From an uncultured delta proteobacterium (GTDB taxonomy: Bacteria > Desulfobacterota > Desulfomonilia > UBA1062), in the NCBI GenBank assembly GCA_963752595.1, contig CAVVYZ010000013.1, forward strand, positions 1-64,000: a stretch of 64,000 nucleotides of DNA. Reading direction: 5' to 3'. Positions within the stretch are counted from its first letter, which is position 1, and each line of letters begins with the position of its first letter. Shown here in pieces: positions 1-8,675 of the stretch. The translations under genes were made by a program, and so were the position numbers. The notes beneath the pieces were generated by a model, which saw nothing but the letters and a program-made list of their open reading frames with translations, was not told the origin of the DNA and did not search any database.

Positions 1-805
1 AAGGTTATCTGTTGGGGCAAGAACGGCATCTTCACTTTCCATCCGGTCACACTGCGACTTTTCGGCGGGCAAGGGTCAGGGAACATCGAGGCGGATTTTT
101 CCGGTCCCGTTCCCCGTTATTCCGTCCGCTCATCCCTGTCCAAGTTCCGGATCGAGGAGTACCTCAAAACCCTTTCCCCAAAGAAGGTCGCGGAAGGAGC
201 GATGGACTTCTCCGCAAACCTGTCGATGCGGGGGAATACCAAAAAAGAGATCACGCAGACTGCCGGAGGAGAGGTCTCTTTGCGCGGCGAGAATCTCACG
301 CTCTACGGCAACGACCTCGACCGGGAGTTTGCCCGGTTTGAGTCCAGCCAGAACTTCAACCTCGTGGATGTCGGCGCCTTCTTTTTTGCCGGCCCCATCG
401 GCCTTGCGGTCACGAAGGGGTACAACTTCGCGAGCATCTTCCAGGGATCGGGAGGCAGCAGCAGCATCGGGAAGCTCTTCTCCGACTGGAAGGTCGAGCG
501 CGGCATAGCGCAGGCCAGGGACGTGGCCATGGCGACCAAACAGAACAGGATCGCTCTCAAAGGAAGAATCAATTTCGTCAACGAACGTTTCGATGACGTA
601 ACCATAGCGCTGATCGACGCCCAGGGGTGCGCCAGGGTGCAGCAGAAAATCCACGGCCCTTTCCGGAAACCGGTGGTGGAGAAGCCAAACGTCCTGATGT
701 CCCTCGCAGGACCGGCGCTCAATCTGCTCAAGCAGGCCAGGGACCTCTTCACTGGACGGAAAGTGTGAAGTATTTTATACCGGTTCGGTCGAAGCGCCTC
801 AATAA
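1..805 (+). CDS. AsmA-family/AsmA-like protein, C-terminal part (5' end outside window; probable frameshift near 760)
   Basis: ORF 202..768 has AsmA-C-like text (GEVSLRGENLTLYG, SDWKVERGIAQARDVAMATKQNRIALKGRINF). The other frame continues KCEVFYTGSVEAPQ to TAA at 803-805, a more plausible C-terminus. Confidence 0.65.
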
Positions 806-1701
806 TGACCAGCCTGCACTGAAAACTTCATCGATCAAACCATTGCTACTTCTTCCCATCCTACTGCCAAGGACATAGATTCCTGCGATAAATGATCGGC
901 TTTGTACATACCGTAAGACCGATGATCTCCTGATGCTATCTCCAATAAGGACCACCTTGAAATATCCTCACGAGATGTTCAATTTCTTAGAGGCAGTTTT
1001 TTTAAACAGTTCGTGCCAGAATCATAAGTCTGATTTTTATTTCAAAAAGTATAACTCTCACCAGGAACTCATAGGTTTTAAGAAACCGATAAGTTACCGC
1101 AGTTATCTGAGGAACTGGTCTCAGTAGGAGAAGCTTTTGATCTTGTAGTTGCCATTGCAGGCTTAATGCATAGGAGGAAATCGTGAACGGGCATGGAGTT
1201 CGTTAATAAGGAGAATATGGTACTACCAGAGTTCATCAGCCTTCTCCTTCTGCAAGGAAGCAGAAGTATGGCCTTCTCTGAGTAATATTTTCAAATCGAT
1301 TACAACTGTTTCTCCCTGGAAGTTTCTCCATACCTTGATTTACAGGAGCCTTTCTGTTAAACGTTGAGAAAGTAATGATTGGGAATACAGCTTTCAGGCT
1401 TAGCGGCGAAGAGGCAACAAGCCAACCCTGCTGTGATTGGCCCGTGGAGTGAGCTGCTTGTTGCTCAATTTAAACGATTATAGCCAGTAATGATATGCCT
1501 TTCGTTGAGACCGGTTTCAGGTGCTTATAGATGGAATCAAAGGGGAGAGAAAGCGTTGTCTGTTCCACATTGCAGTGAAGGTTGCATGGAAGTTAAGTCT
1601 TTGCACCAGAGTCAAATCACTCACCATTTAGCGACGAAAGCATCATAGACTTGCACAAACTGGATCAGGACGAGCCTTCCCGTTTCATTTAGAGGAAAAT
1701 A

Positions 1702-2922
1702 GTGGGAAACAGGTGGTTCATATTACTTGCCATAATTTTTATTCTGGCCCCGGCAGCTGTCCAGGCTCAGCAAGGAGCCCCTCTCGGGACCAGCAACTTT
1801 AGCTTTAAGCTGGATTATATAACTTTTACTGACAACCTATGGACCCCTGATACTCAAGGCGGGTACATGGGACTTGAAGGATATGTGCTAATCTACCCGA
1901 ACGTGTACCTCGGTGGAGAGATCGGAGCCAGTTCCAGCGGGACTTTATATGGGGGAGAAGCGCTCCATTATAATCCATGTGAGTTGGACCTGAAGTATGC
2001 AATGGAGGTTCTTCCCAACCTGGTCGCAGATTTCGGTACCGGTGTTTCTTACTCATACGCCTCAGTTGAAGGTGAAGAATACATATCGTCGTACTATAAA
2101 AAACATGAACACGATTGGCTCTTCGGAGGACAAGTCTTTGCAGGCTTGACGTACAAGATCCAGCGGCTCCCCTTTATCACGTTTGCCAGTGATGAAGCCC
2201 TGCCCTCCATCGGCGTCAATGCAAAGTACCAAGTTACCCAGGATTTTAAAGGCAGGGATGTTGATTTTAATAACTGGAGGCTGGGTGGTCAGCTGAGCTG
2301 GTTGATCGGCGTGGAACATGTTTTGCCCCCGTCAGACGTTCAGGCGGAGCAAAAAGCCCCTCTTGGGACCGGCAACCTTGCTGTGAAGGCGGGTTATATC
2401 ACTTTTACCGATCATTTTTTCAGGCTTATCGATGAGGAAAGAAGACCCTATACGGGCATTGAAGGATATGGAAAGATCTACAGGGATGTGTACTTGGGTG
2501 GGGAACTTGGGTTCTGCAGTGTGTCAAACGATTTTCAGAATGACGACCTTCTTCATCAGCACAGAGCGTATGATACGGATCTCATGTTCCTGGAATTGAA
2601 TGCAAAGTATACTAAAGATCTTAGCCCTTATTTTGTCATAGCTGCCGGGGGCGGGCCCTCCTGGATCAAACTCGACGGCACTTTCGAAGTTCACAATTTC
2701 ATCCTTGTGGGCGACCGGTATATACAGACTGTGGACAGAAGAGTGCCTGAATCTGATTGGCTTCTTGGCGGACAGATCTTCACGGACCTTACCTTTAACT
2801 ACCACTGGCTCCAACTCGGTATCAACGCGAAGTACCAGATAACCCAAGAGATGAAAAGCGAGGGCAAGGATTTTGATGTGAACAACTATAGGCTGGGTGC
2901 GCAGATTGGGGCATTATTTTAG
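1702..2922 (+). CDS. Secreted protein with two tandem outer-membrane beta-barrel domains
   Basis: Signal peptide (…AAVQA). Internal duplication: APLGTSNFSFKLDYITFTD / APLGTGNLAVKAGYITFTD, VYLGGEIG / VYLGGELG, DWLFGGQVF / DWLLGGQIF, GVNAKYQVTQ / GINAKYQITQ. C-terminal Phe. AGAGGA precedes the GTG start. Confidence 0.8.
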   Translation: MGNRWFILLAIIFILAPAAVQAQQGAPLGTSNFSFKLDYITFTDNLWTPDTQGGYMGLEGYVLIYPNVYLGGEIGASSSGTLYGGEALHYNPCELDLKYAMEVLPNLVADFGTGVSYSYASVEGEEYISSYYKKHEHDWLFGGQVFAGLTYKIQRLPFITFASDEALPSIGVNAKYQVTQDFKGRDVDFNNWRLGGQLSWLIGVEHVLPPSDVQAEQKAPLGTGNLAVKAGYITFTDHFFRLIDEERRPYTGIEGYGKIYRDVYLGGELGFCSVSNDFQNDDLLHQHRAYDTDLMFLELNAKYTKDLSPYFVIAAGGGPSWIKLDGTFEVHNFILVGDRYIQTVDRRVPESDWLLGGQIFTDLTFNYHWLQLGINAKYQITQEMKSEGKDFDVNNYRLGAQIGALF

Positions 2923-2998
2923 GGTGTTACTCCTCTTATACCGGGGGAATACCACCCCGTAAGCCCCCTGTATCAAGAGCGCTAAAAAAAGGTGCGGC

Positions 2999-3610
2999 AT
3001 GCAAAAGGTTATGATTTCCATCATGTTATGCCTGGTTTTATCGATCCCGAGCCGGGCTCTGTGCGGGACGGACAAGGACACGAAAAGCTGGACAGGGAAC
3101 GTGAATCTCTTTTTCGGAGAAAAGTTCCTGGACAAAGAGGACTGGGAACCTTTGGACAAGCAGATCGAAGCGGGCATCCTGATGGATGTCAAACACCACA
3201 GTGTTCCATTCAGCATCGTCTTCGACGTTTTGTATTCCAAAGACAAAGAAGACATTGACAGCCTCGATCTGGGGATTGGTCCTTTTTACACAAATGTAGA
3301 ATCCCGTATCATGGAATTTGATGTCGGTGTCCGGAAGATCTGGGAATGCCCGAAAAATATCCGGCCGTTCATCGGGATCGGATTGGCAAGCATCGATGGC
3401 GAGGTCAGGGCTCAGTCCTTCGGGCGCTCTGTGTCTGACGAAGACCTCGGATACGGCATGTGGGCCGACATCGGTGCATACATTACGCTCGCTGAGCGCT
3501 TCAACATCGGGATCGAGGCACGATGGTCGAACGTGCAGATCAATCTCTACGGAGCAGAGGCCAGGGTCGGAGGGTGGCATGTCGGTGCGCTGTCAGGCAT
3601 ACACTGGTAG
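2999..3610 (+). CDS. Outer-membrane beta-barrel protein (OMP_b-brl-like)
   Basis: Signal peptide, amphipathic strands (EFDVGVRKIW, RPFIGIGLA, FNIGIEARWS), C-terminal aromatic Trp. Confidence 0.75.
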   Translation: MQKVMISIMLCLVLSIPSRALCGTDKDTKSWTGNVNLFFGEKFLDKEDWEPLDKQIEAGILMDVKHHSVPFSIVFDVLYSKDKEDIDSLDLGIGPFYTNVESRIMEFDVGVRKIWECPKNIRPFIGIGLASIDGEVRAQSFGRSVSDEDLGYGMWADIGAYITLAERFNIGIEARWSNVQINLYGAEARVGGWHVGALSGIHW

Positions 3611-3651
3611 AGATTGTTCCTCGAGGGCTGTCTTTCAAAGGGGAGACGATC

Positions 3652-5190
3652 ATGGGTAAACGATCAGTTGTTCTTGTTCTGATGAATGCGTGTTTCCTTG
3701 TCTTCCTTCTCCTCTGTCTCTTTTTCCCGGGCACTCCTTCCCGGGTACAGGCCAGCGATCCGCACTCAGCAAGATACAGCACTGAAAGTGGCAAGATATT
3801 CTGGTTTCTTATCATATCCGATGTCCATATCGGGGCATAGGGTTTCACGGGAAGCGAGGACCTGGAATGGGCCGTAACAGAGGCAAAAGATGTCATAAAT
3901 CCATCTTTCATCACGAATCTCGGAGATCTTACCGATTCCACAAACTGGAGCGAGGAAGCGATTCCCGACGGACCGCATCCTGAAGAATGGATCGAATACC
4001 GGAATGTGCTGGACAGAAATGGAGTTGATGCAACCTTCTATTATGACCTCCTGGGAAACCATGATCTTTTTGGCGATAAAAACTTCGATTATTATCTGAA
4101 TTACTCAATCCAGGGTTCGGCCACCGGAAAGACCCAGCTCTCCTGGACGCGGACCTTTGATTTCGGGACGTATCATTTCCTGGGCATCAACACGAATGGG
4201 AACGACGGTGCAGATTTCAGCCCGAATCCGCCTTACTATGGGGACAATGCGGGGCTGGATACTGCTGAGCTGGAGTTTATCCGGGACGATCTGGAAGCGA
4301 ACAAAGATGCCGATCTCACCATGATCTTCGGCCACCATCCCATTGTTACGAGAGAGACGTTCTTGTCATACTATACCACGCACGACCTGAGCGAGAGTGC
4401 GACTCAGACTGCACTTGTATACGGCGCTGAAGGGCTCATAGCACTGATGGAGTACTACAATCCGCTCATGTATGTATACGGTCACAGCCATCAATACAGG
4501 GAGGAGTTCTTCACCAATGACATGTCCGAAGGCGTCCTTTATCTCAATGCGGCTTCATTGTCGAGGAACAGCGAGCATAACTACAATATCGTTGCGATAG
4601 ACAACAACGGCATTTCAACGACGGCCCCTACTAAAGGTGTATGGCCTGCCGTCATTATTACTGCTCCCCTGGACAAGAACCTCGGCATGGAAAATGACCC
4701 GTATACCGCAGGTGCCGCTGATATCACCGGTGGTTCGACTCCGATCAGGGCCCTGGTTTTTGACAAAAACCCGGTAACACGGGTTGATTACAGGATGTAT
4801 AAAATTAATGAAGACGTCGGAGAGATTGTAGAGCGCGGGGTGAGCATCAGCAGCGGCCTCTCCGAGAGTGAAAATATGTGGCACCCCATGCAGCAGGTGG
4901 AGTCCTCTCATCCGAACTACCCGTATTTATGGGTAGCCGACTGCCCAAATCCGATGGAAGGAGGCAGGTATGTCATCGAGGTCCGTGCCACGGGTTCGTC
5001 TACGCAGCGGGATGCCGTACCTACAGTCTTTGCTGCAGAACCTGTGGACGATTCGGGGTTCTGTTTCGTTTCTACTGCGGCCGGGAATCAGAGAATAGGG
5101 ACGCCAGGAAAGAATCGTACGGTGGTGACATGCTCGAAGCGTGTGAAAAGAATTGCAACTCAAGCCCGGGAGATTTTCCCATGCTGGTGA
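3652..5190 (+). CDS. Secreted calcineurin-like metallophosphoesterase interrupted by one in-frame TAG (3838-3840)
   Basis: GGGGAG RBS then ATG 3652 and a signal peptide. Motifs SDVH, GDLTD, GNHD, GHHP and GHSH all lie in one frame across the TAG, and the frame joins ORF 4006..5190. CFVSTAAG near the C-terminus. Confidence 0.8.
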
Positions 5191-6470
5191 CGATTGGCAG
5201 GACTGCAGTCTATCTCCTCAGTGTGATGCTTCTCTCCGGGTGTTCCCTGATTCAGAATGGAGGGTACGAGGATAGTTGCCTCACCGGGCGTCAGCGTGTG
5301 CTCCGTGCCCTGGATCCATCGAACCTGTTTGTCAACCTTCTCGGCAGATCCGGGCTGATCTCCACCTCTCTGCCGAGCAGCAGCATGAATCCGTTCAAGC
5401 CCTTGAAGGAGCTCGATCCGGATGGGGTGCGCGGCGGTCGACCCTTCAGCATGAGGCTTGCTGACGGTACGATTGTAGGTGGGCTGTTCTTTGAGTACGA
5501 CGACGGGACATCCGATCCGAAACCCCTGCTCATGGCGAGCTTCGGTTTCCTACAGGACAGGTGGGGAACAGAGGCGGCAAAAGTTTATAAGCTCTACCTG
5601 GGAAAGCCCTCCGAGCGGATTCCTGCCCATGTTCTCATCCTGGACCATCCCACTGCAGGCACTTTCCTTGCCAATAACGGTTACCTGAGCGTGGGCTCTT
5701 ACGATGACGCACGGATGTGGATCGAGATTGCCCTGAAACTTAAGAATGATATGAAGCTGTCAGGCATCCACCTCTTCGGGGTCAGCATGAGCGGGCAGAC
5801 CGTGGTGCATGCACTGATTGAAGATAAACGGCTGGGCCTGAATCTCTTTGATTCCGGCATGGCAGTCTCCATTGCCCCTGATTTTCAGAAGGCGCCCGGA
5901 GCTCAGCTTGCCCAACTGGGAACACCCAAAGGAATCGAGAATCCCTGGTCAGCTTATTTTAAGACAGTGCCGAAAAAATCATTTGTCGATATGATCCAGA
6001 GCCAGGGACTTTGGATGCTGATAGACAAGCAGTTTGTTCCCCACTATCACTCCGTTCGTACCACGGACACGGTATTTGATCTTAAACGCAGCGATGTCCC
6101 TGTCTTCCTGCGGGATGCCTTTGACAAGAGAATAGCTCTGCTCCGTGAACAGAAACCGGGCACATGGAATACTGAGTTCAGTCTCGAGAACCTTGATGCG
6201 TTCATGACCTCAACCCGGATTGCCGGGCTCATAGGCCGGGTACGCACCCCGCTGGTGCTGGTGAGCGCGTTCGATGACCCGGCGGTACAACGCACAATGT
6301 TTGAAGAGGTGATGCTGGCCGCTGAGGACAACCCGTGGATTGCAGCTTTTGAGACAGACCAGGGCGGGCACTTCGGGTTCAATCTCCCCTATGGGAAGAA
6401 CTACCTCGGCGGCGTCATCCGACTCATGATCGATCCGCAGGTACTGGGTACCTGGAGCGGACCCCGCTGA
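5181..6470 (+). CDS. Alpha/beta-hydrolase lipoprotein (YheT-like)
   Basis: ATG 5181 gives lipobox LLSGC. Nucleophile elbow GVSMSG, AFDDPAV (Asp) and GGHFGF (His). Confidence 0.75.
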   Translation: MLVTIGRTAVYLLSVMLLSGCSLIQNGGYEDSCLTGRQRVLRALDPSNLFVNLLGRSGLISTSLPSSSMNPFKPLKELDPDGVRGGRPFSMRLADGTIVGGLFFEYDDGTSDPKPLLMASFGFLQDRWGTEAAKVYKLYLGKPSERIPAHVLILDHPTAGTFLANNGYLSVGSYDDARMWIEIALKLKNDMKLSGIHLFGVSMSGQTVVHALIEDKRLGLNLFDSGMAVSIAPDFQKAPGAQLAQLGTPKGIENPWSAYFKTVPKKSFVDMIQSQGLWMLIDKQFVPHYHSVRTTDTVFDLKRSDVPVFLRDAFDKRIALLREQKPGTWNTEFSLENLDAFMTSTRIAGLIGRVRTPLVLVSAFDDPAVQRTMFEEVMLAAEDNPWIAAFETDQGGHFGFNLPYGKNYLGGVIRLMIDPQVLGTWSGPR

Positions 6471-6516
6471 CTGCCCTCCCGCGAAAGGCTCCTCACTACC
6501 CTCTTGCAGAACATCG

Positions 6517-6831
6517 TCAAACGAACCAGACGCCGTTTGTCATGAGGCAATCCAAGGAATCCAAGGCCATATGAATCACCAGCCCTATGCCGACGTAACG
6601 GAGCTTCGGGATAAAACAAAGTGAAAAATAAAGTGCAATCGGTAAAAAACCATGTAAAGGGTGGAAGCATATGCTGCAGCGCCCTGGATCATACACCGGA
6701 TTTGCAAGTAAATGGTCGATGTCTACAAGCATTGTGGAGATCATGATAAAATATGCCCATTTCCATTCTCTCCGAAAAAACAAGGCTACAACAATTGCAG
6801 GAATGAGAAAGTGTAATAGAATATGTATCAT
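6517..6831 (-). CDS. DUF6122-family small membrane protein
   Basis: Family-typical text LLHFLIP…MLVDIDHLLANPVYDPGRCSICFHPLH…GLVIHMALD, recognised by eye. Confidence 0.75.
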   Translation of the reverse strand: MIHILLHFLIPAIVVALFFRREWKWAYFIMISTMLVDIDHLLANPVYDPGRCSICFHPLHGFLPIALYFSLCFIPKLRYVGIGLVIHMALDSLDCLMTNGVWFV

Positions 6832-7189
6832 CGAATCCTTTTGCTTATTGTGCTGATCGCGTAACAGTTAATATCAGCTCTTTAGATTTAAGTCCATAAG
6901 ATTATATCGGTTATTAAAGATAATATGGGTTGGATCCCTGTTTTGGGCATATAGATTCTTAAAACTATGGATAGCTTTGAATATCTTAACAGGATTATGG
7001 TTTTCTAATAGCTTTTGTACCTATAAGGGGATGATCAGAGCTAAGAAAGTAATGATTTCAGAAAAAGATAGAAGCTTTGTAGCTAGCCTGTAAGTTATAC
7101 TATCCGGATGATATCTCCCATATAAACCAATGTAATTTCAGTAACTAATAAATATTGAATTATGTATTGATAAATAATATAATAATAGA

Positions 7190-8603
7190 TGCAAAACTCA
7201 CAGTTTGCGATAATATTGCAACAAGCAATATAACTAGTTGAAATAATGAAGAGAATGCTCTATTCTTTTTGTGTCGAGCAAAAAGAAAGGAGTAACAATG
7301 AGCACTCTCTTCGACATCTGGCATACCACACAAACGAGACTTTTTCCATGGCTAGAAGAGAGGCTCGATCCATTGAGCGAGAAGGAGCAGCGGTTTGTGC
7401 AGGTTGTTTCTCTTATGGATCTGAGCAAGCATATGTGTGAGTATCGGTGGATCGGGTATAGGAAGAAAGCGCGAGGATAGAGCATCGATAGCGAAGGCAT
7501 TTGTAGCCAAGGCGGTATACAATTTTGAGACGACGAAAGTGCTCATAGAATATCTGTTGGCATGCAAGAATCTGAGGCGGTTATGTGGATGGGAGACACG
7601 GGGAGATATCCCATCGGAGTCGACCTTTTCCCGGGCGTTTGCTGAGTATTCTCAGGGATGCCTGCCTCAGAAGATTCACGAGGCCATGGTAAAGACCCAT
7701 TGTGAAAGACAAGATCGCAGGGCATGTAAGCCGGGATGCGACGGCCATTCAGGCAAGAGAGAAGACGGTAAAGAAAGCAAGAGGAAGAAGACCACCTGGG
7801 CCGAAGAGGAAGCGGGGTCGCCCGAAGCGAGGAGAAGAAGTAGCCCCCAAGGATCCGAAGAGGCTGGATCTTCAGGTTGGGAGAAGTCTTGAAGAGAATC
7901 TGTAGGATCTGCCGTATCATTGTGTCGTGGGGACCAAGAAGGACAGCAAGGGATACAAGATGACATGGCGGGGCTACAAGCTGCACATCGACTGTATCGA
8001 TGGGGACATTCCGGTGAGTGCATTATTAACCTCGGCATCATTGCATGATTCCCAGGCGGCGATACCGCTTGCCCAGATGACCTCTGATCGGGTGGTAAGC
8101 CTGTATGATCTCATGGATGCCGCCTATGATGCCCCGCAGATCAAGGAGTTCAGTGAGAAACTCTCTCATGTGCCGATCATTGATCCCAATCCCAGGCGTG
8201 GAGAGAAGATACCCCTTGATCCTGCCAGGAAGGCCCGGTTTGCGCAGAGGAGCAGCGTTGAGCGGGTGAATTCGTATCTGAAAGATAACCATGGAGGAAG
8301 TCATATACGGGTTAAAGGGAGCGTCCAAGGTCATGGCGCATCTCATGTTCGGGCTCATTGTCATTACTGCGAACCAGTTGTTCCAGATGCTTTATTGAAG
8401 GATAAATGCGAAAAAATCGGATATATTCGCAGCGCCTATTGGAGTAGGAGATGGATAGCTGTGCTCGGAAATCAGACATAATGGGTGATGTTGAGGATAG
8501 AATCACCGTGGTAAATGGCGCGTTATGATCTTTAATCTTAGAATGTAGACAACTGGATTATGCTTTAATAATCTATAACGGAAGAGAGTTTTGCAATTGG
8601 CTC
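7190..8603 (+). mobile_element. Degraded insertion sequence (IS5/IS1182-like)
   Basis: Transposase fragments flanked by inverted core TGCAAAACTC (7190-7199) and GAGTTTTGCA (8586-8595). Right end extends to ATTGGCTC (8603). Left end is degenerate. Confidence 0.7.
7298..8398 (+). pseudogene. DDE transposase, broken by frameshifts and an in-frame TAG (7903-7905)
   Basis: Fragments in several frames: LRRLCGW…PSESTFSRAF, HVSRDATAI, WRGYKLHID, ASLHDSQ, LMDAAYD, RSSVERVNSYLK. Confidence 0.8.
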
Positions 8604-8675
8604 AATATTGATTTAATAATGAGTCTTAATCTTTGATTGAATAAACTTTACCTCTATGAACAAAGGAGGATTTCA

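Noticed and set aside
806-1700. Short ORFs (749..955, 933..1127) in the spacer after the AsmA-like gene
   Set aside because: No RBS, no recognisable motif and atypical composition; treated as non-coding or decayed DNA.
4878-5180. 101-aa Cys-rich N-terminal extension of the hydrolase ORF
   Set aside because: It overlaps the phosphoesterase in another frame; the lipoprotein signal begins at ATG 5181.
6859-6915. attC-like site upstream of DUF6122 (minus-strand GTTACGC ~30 bp before the ATG)
   Set aside because: The complementary arm is poor, there is no matching RYYYAAC after the stop codon, and no integrase or second cassette is visible.
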